This document shows positions 9,030 through 18,340 of a DNA stretch of 44,206 bases, piece after piece. Within the stretch, counting starts at the first letter, position 1; every line of letters starts with the position of its first letter. Location of the stretch: assembly GCA_013151965.1 (NCBI GenBank), contig JAADHF010000089.1:1-44206 (forward strand). Direction: 5' to 3'. Source of the stretch: Spirochaetota bacterium (lineage in GTDB: Bacteria > Spirochaetota > Spirochaetia > SZUA-6). The position numbers and the translations under genes are program-made. Below the pieces are notes generated by a model that did not search any database, was not told the origin of the DNA, and was given only the letters and a program-made list of their open reading frames with translations.

Positions 9030-10118
9030 ATGCCTGCACATATAACCCATATTATTTTTGGAGAGGAAGCTCTTCGCCGTTCCATGGGAACCGAAGCGGA
9101 TAGAATTATTACCCGGCATGGAAATATTTTCCGTTTTGCATGTCAGGGACCCGACTTCTTCTACCACAATCAGCGCACAAAACCTTCCGGTTTAAAGTAC
9201 GGATCCCTTCTGCATCACGAACATTATGGGAGATTTACCGTAAACATGATCCGGGGTTGATCCGTCGAAGGTAATTCGGAAACCTCAGAACAAATAGCTG
9301 CTTTTATACTTGGTTTTACAACCCATGCCATTCTCGATAGAAAGGCTCATCCCTTTATTGCATTTTTTTCCGGATGGGTGGAAAAAGGTAACAAAAAAAC
9401 AGAAAAATATTTTCGATGTCATCCTTTTTTCGAGAGAATCATCGATCAGAAGATACTCAAAATCAAGAGAAACATTAATATAACAGAATTTGATACGGGA
9501 AAACTTATGTACTGCGGACCTTCTATGCCCGGCAGAATTGTAAAAACTTTCACAGATGCACTTAAAGTCACTTTTCCGGTATTCAGCAAATCCGACGACC
9601 TTAAAAGATTCGACAATGCCTACAGAGACACGCTGTTTCTCTATGAAATAACAAACCCCACAAAGCCTATATTTTATGAAATGGCCCTGATCAAGGATAT
9701 GGATGAGAATTACAGAAAAAGAAGAATAACACTCTTTTATACGGAAAAACTGCCCGAAGATATCGATTACCTTAACCTGAACCACTCAAAATGGTCTCAT
9801 CCCTGTGACAATAAAGATATAAGAAACAGTTCATTTCCCGAAATCTATGAAACTGCCCTTAAAGATTCGGAACCTGTACTTTCCCGGTTACTGGATATAT
9901 TAAAGACAATAACGGATACAAGAGAAGTATCAGAAGATGCATTTAAAGAAATGGAAAGGGAAATAGGGAATACCGATCTGGAATCCGACCGTACCGATTT
10001 AACCAGGTGTATTCCGCAGTACTCCAATCCATTGCCTCTTTACAAAATATTAGACACAATATACAAAAATGCAAAAAAACATTACAGTTCAATATCTTAC
10101 AGCAAAGATGAAGAGTAA
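9030..10118 (+). pseudogene. Zinc-dependent phospholipase C / S1-P1 nuclease-fold gene interrupted by one in-frame TGA (9258-9260)
   Basis: ORFs 9030..9260 and 9378..10118 are in the same frame, and the frame is open across 9261-9377. N-terminus PAHITHIIFGEEAL and HAILDRKAHP (H-x3-D-x3-H-P) resemble the Zn-ligand motifs of the Zn-PLC family. The minus-strand ORF 9285..9785 is a shadow. Confidence 0.5.
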
Positions 10119-10155
10119 ATATTTAAGCGGTATACAGGGAGAGGAGTAAGGCGGC

Positions 10156-11199
10156 ATGAAAAACAATGGAATATATGATAGAAACGGATTTGTAAAAGAG
10201 ACTGTCCGTGATACCGGATACCGCAAAGCCGCAGAATTCCTTATTCTGTTAGGCAGGGAAGATGCCGCCCGGGTTTTGAGTCATTTAACGGAAAAGGAAG
10301 TCAAGGGCATTACCGCGGAAATAGCTTCCATAAAAAATCTGGATGCGAAAGAGGCAAAAAAAGTCCTGGAAGAATTCGGATATCTTGCAACGACAAAGGA
10401 CCTTATAGCACGGGGAGGCCTTGAGAAAGCCAGGGAAATGCTTGTAAAAACATTCGGTGAAGAAAAAGGAAATGAGTTATACAAAAAAATAGAGATGAAA
10501 ACCGTTCCCCATCCCTTTGCTTTTCTTAATGATCTGGAAACGGACCAGATACTGATTCTTTTAAAGAATGAATCCGCACCTGTTATTTCGGTAATTCTTC
10601 CTCATGTAGATCCCTCACTCGCATCGAAGATACTGTCCGCACTGTCTGTAAAACTGCAGAAAGAAATTGTATCCAGAATATCCAGGATGGAAAAGATAAA
10701 TCCGGAAGTTCTAAGAAGAACGGAAGAAGCTTTAAAGAAAAAAATACTCACACAGGGAGAGCTGGTTACCTATGAAATCGACGGCAAAAGCTCTCTTGCT
10801 GAAATACTTAAACATATGAGCACAACAGACGAAAAAAAACTTCTCTCCGATATTCAGGATGAAAACCCGGAGCTTGCAAAAGAAATAGAAAAAAAGATAT
10901 TTACTATCGACGTATTAAAACACATGTATGATAAAGACCTTCAGAAGGTCCTGCGCGATTACTCCGATAAGGAACTTGCCCTCATTATAAAAGGTGTCGA
11001 TGATGCCATAAAAGAAAAAATCATACACAATATATCCGGAAGAAGACAGGAACTGATACAGGAGGAGAGTAAATATATGGGTCCTGTGCGAAAATCGGAA
11101 TTTAACAGGGCACTCAATGAATTTCTCGATTATCTGAAACTTCAGAATGCACGGGGTGCAGTACGGATAGCGGGAGAAGAGGATCAACTTGTACAATAA
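10156..11199 (+). CDS. fliG: Flagellar motor switch protein FliG (orphan paralog, FliG1-like)
   Basis: 347 aa. N-terminus GYRKAAEFLILLGREDAARVLSHLTEKEV and middle LILLKNESAPVISVILPHVDPSLASKILSAL match FliG N and M domain signatures. No other flagellar genes are adjacent. Confidence 0.75.
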   Translation: MKNNGIYDRNGFVKETVRDTGYRKAAEFLILLGREDAARVLSHLTEKEVKGITAEIASIKNLDAKEAKKVLEEFGYLATTKDLIARGGLEKAREMLVKTFGEEKGNELYKKIEMKTVPHPFAFLNDLETDQILILLKNESAPVISVILPHVDPSLASKILSALSVKLQKEIVSRISRMEKINPEVLRRTEEALKKKILTQGELVTYEIDGKSSLAEILKHMSTTDEKKLLSDIQDENPELAKEIEKKIFTIDVLKHMYDKDLQKVLRDYSDKELALIIKGVDDAIKEKIIHNISGRRQELIQEESKYMGPVRKSEFNRALNEFLDYLKLQNARGAVRIAGEEDQLVQ

Positions 11200-11217
11200 A
11201 AAGCACAGGAGATTTTA

Positions 11218-12516
11218 ATGGAATGGGTCTATATTAGTGATCTGCACAAATATACCGGGCAGAAAGTGGAAATACGCGGCTGGCTTTACAATATACGTTC
11301 AAAAGGTAAAATTGCCTTTCTCCAGTTAAGGGACGGAACAGGCAGGGTCCAGGGTGTCGCCGTTAAGGGTGAGTGCAATGATGATGCATTTTTAAAGATA
11401 GACGGTCTTAAGATGGAAGCGAGCATTTCCGTAACAGGAGATGTCCGGAAAGATTCGAGGGCGCCTTCGGGAGTCGAACTTACAATTAACGATATCACCG
11501 TTATTCAGAACCCGGAGGAGGATTACCCGATTTCAAAAAAAGAACACGGCATCGACTTCCTTCTTGAGCACAGACACCTATGGTTAAGATCTTCAAGAAC
11601 AGAGGCACTTTTAAAGATAAGAAACCAGGCGGTAATTTCTTTAAGAAATTTTTTTCATGAAAAAGGATTTATACTCATAGATACCCCGATACTTACAGGC
11701 TCCATAGGAGAAAGCTCAAGCACACTTTTTTCAGTAAAGTATTTTGACATGGGAAATGCATACCTCGCTCAGACCGGACAGCTCTACCTGGAAGCGGCAT
11801 GTATGGCATTCGGCAGGGTTTTTAACTTAGGCCCGACCTTTAGAGCGGAAAAATCCAAAACGAGGCGGCACCTGACCGAATTCTGGATGCTGGAAGCGGA
11901 AGTTTCATTTTTGGAGAATGAAGGCAGCATGGATTTACAGGAAGAGATGATATGCAGCCTCGTTGACAGTATTTTAAGCAAAAACGAAGCTGAACTTAAA
12001 GTGCTGGGAAGAAATACCGGACCGCTAAAAAAAATTACAGCCGGATTTCCCCGCATCGAGTATTCGGAGGCGGTAAAAATGCTTGATAAACTCGGAAAAC
12101 CGGTAAAATGGGGCAATGATCTCGGCGGAGATGAAGAAACGATATTAACAGAACAGTTCGAGAAACCCATATTCGTTACAAACTATCCGAAACATGCAAA
12201 GGCCTTTTATATGAAGGAAAACCCGGAAAACCCGGAAACCGTGCTATGTGCAGACCTTCTGGCTCCCGAAGGGTACGGCGAAATAATCGGAGGCTCACAG
12301 CGTGAGGATCGTTACGATGAGCTTATTTCAAGAATCAGGGAAGAACAGCTTCCTGAGTCCGCATACAGATGGTACCTTGATCTGCGCAAATTCGGTTCCG
12401 TGCCGCATTCCGGTTTCGGCCTCGGCCTGGAGAGGACTATAACCTGGATAACGGGCAATAAACACGTACGCGAGGCAATACCCTTTCCGAGAACTATTTC
12501 CAGGCTCTATCCGTAA
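11218..12516 (+). CDS. asnS: Asparaginyl-tRNA synthetase
   Basis: 432 aa class-IIb aaRS with an N-terminal OB fold. Motif 2 (FRAEKSKTRRHLTEFWMLEAE) and motif 3 (GFGLGLERT) are present. SD AGGAG lies upstream. Confidence 0.9.
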   Translation: MEWVYISDLHKYTGQKVEIRGWLYNIRSKGKIAFLQLRDGTGRVQGVAVKGECNDDAFLKIDGLKMEASISVTGDVRKDSRAPSGVELTINDITVIQNPEEDYPISKKEHGIDFLLEHRHLWLRSSRTEALLKIRNQAVISLRNFFHEKGFILIDTPILTGSIGESSSTLFSVKYFDMGNAYLAQTGQLYLEAACMAFGRVFNLGPTFRAEKSKTRRHLTEFWMLEAEVSFLENEGSMDLQEEMICSLVDSILSKNEAELKVLGRNTGPLKKITAGFPRIEYSEAVKMLDKLGKPVKWGNDLGGDEETILTEQFEKPIFVTNYPKHAKAFYMKENPENPETVLCADLLAPEGYGEIIGGSQREDRYDELISRIREEQLPESAYRWYLDLRKFGSVPHSGFGLGLERTITWITGNKHVREAIPFPRTISRLYP

Positions 12517-12538
12517 CCGGTTAAAATCCCGGAGTTTA

Positions 12539-13789
12539 CTAATCTTTTCCGCTTATCTTTTTAAAAAGCCTGAAGTAGTTTTTTACATGGATAGGCGTAA
12601 TAAATTTAGACAGAATATATCTGCGTCCTGCTCTGCCCATACTTAACCTCTTATCTTTATCTTTAAGAAGCTCGATAGTTCTCGATACGGCTTCCTCTAT
12701 GGAATTAATCACAAAACCTGTTTCTCCGTTTATAACCTGCTCAGGAAGCCCGCCTACATCCGTCACAATAACCGGTTTTTCCTTTATCGAAGCTTCCGAT
12801 ACGACAAGACCGAACCCTTCGCGGTTGGAAAGAGCATATACAATAGTGCCTGCCTGCTGCACTGCATTAAGCTTTATCACATCGAAGGGAATTGCCTGCA
12901 CAACGGCATCTTTATACCCGGTGACAAGACTCTTAACCTTTTTAAGATACGGCGCAAACTGCGGGTCGTCTTTGGCCCCTGCACCTGTAAGTAAAAGCTG
13001 AACACCGGAAACGGTTTCTTTAACCCTTTTAAAGACTTCACATACATCTTCGTATCCCTTTGCCGGATCGAATCTTCCCACCTGCAGCAGAACAGGGCGA
13101 TTAGAATCCAGGCCGAAGGAATTTATAATCTTTCTTATAGCATCTTCCGCTATAATGTTAATATCATTTTTGGGTTCAAAGGGATCCGTTGACGGAGGCA
13201 TTATAAAAGGATTCGGCGAATCCTTAAGTATATAACTCTTAAGATGATACACACTTGCATCATACCGCGCGATTACGGGATTAAAAAAATCTATGACATC
13301 CGGATTAGGATTCGTGGTATCGATATGACAGCGGTAAATCCACCTGTTATTATTCCCTTTTAAATGGTTTATTATACCTAAATACTGGCTGTCATGAACA
13401 ACCACAATATCGTATGTATCTATCTCCTTTTTAAGTTCCTCCGCACATCTGCTTTGAGTCTTAAAGTAAAGCTCCTTCTCCCTGTCTGTCAGTTTTTCCC
13501 ATGTCTGCCCCTGAAACATATTATGCTGTTTCTTTGTAACAACAAAAAAGGCATCGGAAGGTGATTCGGGAACATACCAGTGCGCGGTAATTCCCAGCTT
13601 TCCCATCATCGGAACGATTCTCGATAGAATGGAAGCGACTCCGCCGCCGTGAGAAACCGAATTAATGTGAAGAATACGTGCACCCTTAAGCGCCTTCGCT
13701 TCATTTCTTATATCATCTATACTGACATATTCTCTGTACTGTTCCAGATCGATATCACTGTATTGATACTTTAAAGTATTGTTTAACAT
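12539..13789 (-). CDS. treT: Trehalose glycosyltransferring synthase (GT4 family, TreT-like)
   Basis: Several blocks match remembered archaeal TreT: HINSVSHGGGVASIL, RCHIDTTNPN, IMPPSTDPFEPKN, VGRFDPAKG, SGVQLLLTG and REGFGLVVSEA...NGETGF. It is the last gene of the sugar-ABC/LacI operon. Confidence 0.7.
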   Translation of the reverse strand: MLNNTLKYQYSDIDLEQYREYVSIDDIRNEAKALKGARILHINSVSHGGGVASILSRIVPMMGKLGITAHWYVPESPSDAFFVVTKKQHNMFQGQTWEKLTDREKELYFKTQSRCAEELKKEIDTYDIVVVHDSQYLGIINHLKGNNNRWIYRCHIDTTNPNPDVIDFFNPVIARYDASVYHLKSYILKDSPNPFIMPPSTDPFEPKNDINIIAEDAIRKIINSFGLDSNRPVLLQVGRFDPAKGYEDVCEVFKRVKETVSGVQLLLTGAGAKDDPQFAPYLKKVKSLVTGYKDAVVQAIPFDVIKLNAVQQAGTIVYALSNREGFGLVVSEASIKEKPVIVTDVGGLPEQVINGETGFVINSIEEAVSRTIELLKDKDKRLSMGRAGRRYILSKFITPIHVKNYFRLFKKISGKD

Positions 13790-13804
13790 TATGCCTCCGT
13801 ATGA

Positions 13805-14827
13805 TTATCCGATATTTCTGCAGGATTTACGAATCGAAAAATATGTCGGAAGAAGTACCCGTTTCGGCTCCATCCTGTCTTCTCTTAAAATAATTCGAAT
13901 CAGGAGTTTTGCGGCCTGAGACCCTAAGCCGGAAGCCGGCAGTGTAATTGTCGTAAGGGGCGGATTTAAGTATCTCGAGAGGTAATCATCATCAAAGCCT
14001 ACAATGGAAATATCATCGGGAATACGCAGCCCTGAATCCTGTATCGCCTTAATTGCACCATAAGCTATTACATCATTCCCCGCAAACACGGCCGTCAGGC
14101 CGGGAATCCTAAGCAGCTCCGTCATGGCGTTATATCCGCTCTCCTCGGAAAAATCTCCCATCCTTATCCATTCTTCCCTGACCTCCACTCCCGCTTCGCT
14201 CATGGCTTCTCTGTATCCTTTTATCCTCGAATAAGAAGCATTATATACAACCGAAGCATGAGCTATCATCCCGATTTTCCTATGACCTAATTTAAGTAAA
14301 TATGCAACAGCCTCTTTTGCCGATTTCCTGTTATCTATATCCACCTGAATGGTATCTTTATTTTTTACCGTTCCAATAATAACAAAGGGAAAATCAGACT
14401 CCACGAGTTTTCTAAAATCACTGCGGTCGTCGTGAACATTAATGAATATAACCCCGTCGAGGTTATCGTTTTTTGCAATGCTTAAGAAATCGGATTGTTC
14501 CAGCTTAAGGGGCTGAAGCACAAGCTGAAATCTGAATTTATTTAAAGTCTGCGTTACACCTTCTATTACCTTGGGTATATAAGCATCCGAAAAAATGGAC
14601 TGCGAATGGCATACAAATACTCCTATCGAATTGTGCCTTGTCCCGGCAAGGCCCCTTGCATATTCATTCGGTTCATAACCCAGTTCTTCGGCAGCCTTAA
14701 GTACTTTCTGCCTCGTATCTTCGGAAATCATTTTGCCCGGCGAATTATTCAGAACAAACGAAACGGTTGTTCTGGAAACTCCTGCCTTCTTCGCAACATC
14801 GGCGGCAGATACTTTTTGAAGATTCAT
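13805..14827 (-). CDS. LacI-family transcriptional repressor; start trimmed to Met at 14827 (ORF track extends to 14971)
   Basis: N-terminal HTH MNLQKVSAADVAKKAGVSRTTVSFVLNN followed by a periplasmic-binding-protein-like sugar-binding core. SD GGAG lies 8 nt upstream of 14827. Confidence 0.85.
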   Translation of the reverse strand: MNLQKVSAADVAKKAGVSRTTVSFVLNNSPGKMISEDTRQKVLKAAEELGYEPNEYARGLAGTRHNSIGVFVCHSQSIFSDAYIPKVIEGVTQTLNKFRFQLVLQPLKLEQSDFLSIAKNDNLDGVIFINVHDDRSDFRKLVESDFPFVIIGTVKNKDTIQVDIDNRKSAKEAVAYLLKLGHRKIGMIAHASVVYNASYSRIKGYREAMSEAGVEVREEWIRMGDFSEESGYNAMTELLRIPGLTAVFAGNDVIAYGAIKAIQDSGLRIPDDISIVGFDDDYLSRYLNPPLTTITLPASGLGSQAAKLLIRIILREDRMEPKRVLLPTYFSIRKSCRNIG

Positions 14828-14856
14828 TTTATTTTCTCCGCTTTTACATGCATATA

Positions 14857-15726
14857 CTATCCCTTTACCGAACCAGCCAGGATTCCCCGGACAAAGTACT
14901 TCTGCAGGCTGAAGAATATAACAATAGGCAGTACCATCGAAATAAATGCAGCCGATGTAAGATACTCCCACCCTGCACCATAGGAATTAACCAGGTTGCT
15001 TATCGACAGGGGCATGGGCGAAACCGTAGGATTTCCTCCCAAGTATATTAATGCCACAAGCAGATCATTCCATACCCACATGAACTGAAAAATCGCAAGC
15101 GATGATAACGCGGGAATAGATGTCGGAAGTACCAGGTGTAAAAATATAGTATAATGCGAAGCTCCGTCAAGACGTGCCGATTCGAACATCTCCTCCGGGA
15201 GTTCACCTATAAAATTCCGTAAAAGATACACTGCAAACGGCAGCCCATAACCAGTGTGGGCTATCCATATCCCGAGGAAAGTCCCTGTAAGGCGCAGCTT
15301 GTTAAAAAGCGTTAAAACCGGTATAAGCGTCATCTGAATGGGCACGACAAGAAGCGCGACAACAAGTAAAAACAGAAAATCTCTCCCCGGAAACTTCATC
15401 CAGGCAAAAGCATAAGCTGCAAATGCTGCAATCAGAATCGGCATTACGGTAGCCGGAATCGTTATAATGAGACTGTTTATAAAACTTCTGCCCATACCTG
15501 CGGTTGTTAAAACCTTTTTATAATTCTCCAATGTAAAAGTAAAGGGAGTTTTAAATGCCCTCCACCAGCCGGTAGAAAGAATCAGGTGAGCCGGTCTGAA
15601 AGAACTCACAAAAAGGCCCAACGACGGTATAAGCCATGCGGCACAGATAAACAGGATTAATATATTCAGCGGGCCCTTTGATACTATTTTTACAAGTACA
15701 TTGTTTCGTGCACCTAAACTCTTCAT
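14857..15726 (-). CDS. Carbohydrate ABC transporter permease (MalG-like, CUT1)
   Basis: Six TM helices and the EAA-loop motif ESARLDGASHYTIF. Confidence 0.85.
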   Translation of the reverse strand: MKSLGARNNVLVKIVSKGPLNILILFICAAWLIPSLGLFVSSFRPAHLILSTGWWRAFKTPFTFTLENYKKVLTTAGMGRSFINSLIITIPATVMPILIAAFAAYAFAWMKFPGRDFLFLLVVALLVVPIQMTLIPVLTLFNKLRLTGTFLGIWIAHTGYGLPFAVYLLRNFIGELPEEMFESARLDGASHYTIFLHLVLPTSIPALSSLAIFQFMWVWNDLLVALIYLGGNPTVSPMPLSISNLVNSYGAGWEYLTSAAFISMVLPIVIFFSLQKYFVRGILAGSVKG

Positions 15727-15729
15727 CCG

Positions 15730-16707
15730 TTAACTCCTCTTCTGGCCGAATCTTTTTATGTTGACCAGCATAACCGGTATTATCGCAATCAGCAGAATAA
15801 CGGCAATAGCACTTGCCCTTCCGTAGTTCCGGAAATTAAACATCTCCTTATACATTCTGTTTGCAATCACCTCCGTGCCGAGAGTTCCGTTTGTCATGAC
15901 ATAAACGATATCAAATATTTTCAGCACATTGATCACCATTGTTGTGGCCACGACGATTATGGTGGAAGCCATCGTAGGAATAATTATTCTCCAGAATATT
16001 TTCCATTCGTTAGCGCCGTCTATCCTTGCCGCTTCCAGAAGAGAATCCGGTATTCCCTTTAGACCTGCGGAAAGAATAATCATACAGAAACCGGTCCACA
16101 TCCATATATAAACAATCATCAATGCGAAAGTGTTAATGGGCGGATTAAAAAGCCAGGCTTTAGGTTCGAAATTCGGTATTACCGCTGATAATACCGCATT
16201 AACGGTCCCTATCTGTTCCGTGCCTTTGGGTTTAAACTCATACATGAATTTCCATATAACACCTGCGGCGACAGCGGAAATAGCCATGGGCAGGAAAATA
16301 AATGCCTTTGCAACCGATTCATACTTTATTCTATCCGTTAATACGGCAATAAGAAGTCCCAGTGTAACCGTTACAAGGGTAACAAATACCAGCCATAAAA
16401 GGTTATTTTTAAGCGCAATAAGCGTAGCACGGCTGGTAAAAATAAAAATATAATTCTTTAGACCCACAAACCCCGTAGAATTGGCATTTTCAAAACTTAA
16501 GATAATGGTATTTATAACAGGATATATCAGAAATACAAAAAGCAGGATAAATGCAGGAGACAGCCAGAACCACGGCCTTATTTTTGCCTGCCGCTTTTTC
16601 CCTTTAAACTTTCCTATTAACCGCTCTCCGAACATTATGTAGGCCATAAGAATAACGGGCACCCCGATAACGGCACCTATAGCCAGAATTACTATTTTTA
16701 TATTCAT
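15730..16707 (-). CDS. Carbohydrate ABC transporter permease (MalF-like, CUT1)
   Basis: Six TM helices and EAA-loop EAARIDGANEWKIF. It sits 3 nt upstream of the next permease. Confidence 0.85.
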   Translation of the reverse strand: MNIKIVILAIGAVIGVPVILMAYIMFGERLIGKFKGKKRQAKIRPWFWLSPAFILLFVFLIYPVINTIILSFENANSTGFVGLKNYIFIFTSRATLIALKNNLLWLVFVTLVTVTLGLLIAVLTDRIKYESVAKAFIFLPMAISAVAAGVIWKFMYEFKPKGTEQIGTVNAVLSAVIPNFEPKAWLFNPPINTFALMIVYIWMWTGFCMIILSAGLKGIPDSLLEAARIDGANEWKIFWRIIIPTMASTIIVVATTMVINVLKIFDIVYVMTNGTLGTEVIANRMYKEMFNFRNYGRASAIAVILLIAIIPVMLVNIKRFGQKRS

Positions 16708-16795
16708 ACACAGATCCTTGATTTTAAAAAGGATAATAAAAGGATTAATTAAAGGCGGAGAAGATATAAATACTCTCCGCCTTATTTTTGTTTAC

Positions 16796-18091
16796 TTAAT
16801 AAGCTTCTTTTCTGATTTTTTCCAGCCCTGCAAGAATGCTGTCCAGTTTAGAAGGATCCTGAACATAACTCATTATAGCGGACCAGAATGCCTGGTTCAT
16901 GGCAGACGGCATCATATCGGATGCATCGAATGCAACAATATCCGCACCTGTCAGAATTTTAGCCGCATTCCTGGAAAGCTCATCCGGATAATCCGAAAGA
17001 GGCACGCTGCGGTTCGGAGATATTCCGCTGGAAGCTTTTACCCAATATTCCTGAGCTTCTGCAGTCGAAAGGTACTTAATAAATGCCCGGGCCTGCGGTG
17101 TATCGTTAAACATTCCGAAAAGATCTCCCGCTGCTTCGACCGCTTTACCATACTTCGGATCTATCTGCGGAAAACCGAAGAAATTAAAATCCTTGACAGG
17201 CTTGAGGTTAGGAAACTGCTTCATGATAAAACTCTGAATAAAGGTTGCCTGATGATGAAAGTAAGCTTTCGGGGGATTGCTGAATAAAGGTCCGACTGCC
17301 TGTCCGAAATTCGTGGACAGAACGTACTGCTTTCCGCCGTATACCATCTTGTTGTTTGCAACAATTTCTCCCCACATCTTCCACGCTTTCTTAACCTCGG
17401 GCGATGTCCATGCGAGTTTTCCCTTATACCACTCCACATACTTTTTGGGACCTGCTGTCCTGAGCATTATGTCTTCTATCCAGTCCGTTCCGGGCCATCC
17501 GCTCGCAGCACCGCTTTCCAGACCGATCGACCACGGAGTTTTGCCTTCGCTTACGAGTTTTTTCGATATTGTCATAAGTTCATCCCAGGTCTTCGGTATG
17601 GCAATACCTTCGGCTTTTAAAGCTTCCGGACTGTACCAGATAGGACCCTTAACTGCAGCTTTTAAAAATATGCCGACAAGTTTTCCGTTTACCGAACCAA
17701 GATCGATCCAGCTCTGCGCGTAATCTTTTTTCATCCTGTTCATATCAAAGAACTTACCGAGGTCAACCAGCTTGCCTTCCTTCGCAAACTGAATCATCTG
17801 CCCCGGACCCGGCAGCCCTGCAATGTCCGGCGGATTACCTGCTTTAAGCCGCGTTGTAAGAACAGCGGAGATATCCCGTGTTCCTTGATTCTCTACTTTT
17901 ATGCCTGTCCTTTCCTCAAAGGGCTTTATCATATTCTTAAATATTTCGAGCTCATTTCCACCCCAGACTGTAAGTACGGAAACTGTCCCGCCTATCTTAC
18001 CACTGCTTTTGGCAGTTTCCTGCTTTCCTGCTGCAAATAATGATGCAACGGTAAATAGTAGAATAAACAGTAGAACAAGAGTTTTTTTCAT
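16796..18091 (-). CDS. Extracellular sugar-binding protein of the ABC transporter; start trimmed to MKKTLV at 18091 (ORF track extends to 18157)
   Basis: Signal/lipoprotein-like N-terminus MKKTLVLLFILLFTVASLFAAGKQE. A strong SD AGGAGG lies 8 nt upstream of 18091. The length and composition are typical of a family-1 solute-binding protein. Confidence 0.85.
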   Translation of the reverse strand: MKKTLVLLFILLFTVASLFAAGKQETAKSSGKIGGTVSVLTVWGGNELEIFKNMIKPFEERTGIKVENQGTRDISAVLTTRLKAGNPPDIAGLPGPGQMIQFAKEGKLVDLGKFFDMNRMKKDYAQSWIDLGSVNGKLVGIFLKAAVKGPIWYSPEALKAEGIAIPKTWDELMTISKKLVSEGKTPWSIGLESGAASGWPGTDWIEDIMLRTAGPKKYVEWYKGKLAWTSPEVKKAWKMWGEIVANNKMVYGGKQYVLSTNFGQAVGPLFSNPPKAYFHHQATFIQSFIMKQFPNLKPVKDFNFFGFPQIDPKYGKAVEAAGDLFGMFNDTPQARAFIKYLSTAEAQEYWVKASSGISPNRSVPLSDYPDELSRNAAKILTGADIVAFDASDMMPSAMNQAFWSAIMSYVQDPSKLDSILAGLEKIRKEAY

Positions 18092-18129
18092 TTCTCCCTC
18101 CTTAATAGTGATTAATTTATACGCACTAT

Positions 18130-18141
18130 TAATGCGCATTA
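18130..18141. promoter_or_regulatory. Perfect 12-bp palindrome TAATGCGCATTA; candidate LacI-family operator
   Basis: A central CG dyad as in LacI-family operators. It lies 39 bp upstream of the binding-protein start codon and about 8-10 bp downstream of the predicted -10. A second 8-bp inverted repeat TAATAGTG(18103-18110)/CACTATTA(18124-18131) overlaps it. Confidence 0.35.
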
Positions 18142-18148
18142 CTAATTT

Positions 18149-18176
18149 ATTATGCATTTATAATTATGTTTGTCAA
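18149..18176 (-). promoter_or_regulatory. Sigma70-like promoter of the sugar ABC/LacI/treT operon
   Basis: On the minus strand: TTGACA (complement of 18171-18176), a 16-nt spacer, then CATAAT (complement of 18149-18154). Confidence 0.4.
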
Positions 18177-18340
18177 GAAAAAATATTTTCTTTTAAAAAA
18201 CAACATGTTCCGGACTGCATCATCCGTCCCGAATTATTCTCAGGGACGGGTAAATCCTGCAAAAAACCTGTTCGAAATTATAATTTTATGGTATGTTTAT
18301 ATAAGGAATCGAGTAAACAAATTCTTTATAAGGAGATGAT

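Noticed and set aside
9255-9300. Possible selenocysteine or readthrough at the in-frame TGA
   Set aside because: No convincing SECIS-like hairpin is visible immediately downstream. Zn-phospholipases are not selenoproteins. A nonsense mutation or sequencing error is more parsimonious.
9285-9785. 166-aa minus-strand ORF
   Set aside because: It lies wholly inside the phospholipase-like reading frame on the opposite strand and is low-complexity. It is a shadow ORF.
16718-17723. Plus-strand ORFs of 189 aa and 148 aa
   Set aside because: They are antisense to the sugar-binding-protein gene and have no motifs.
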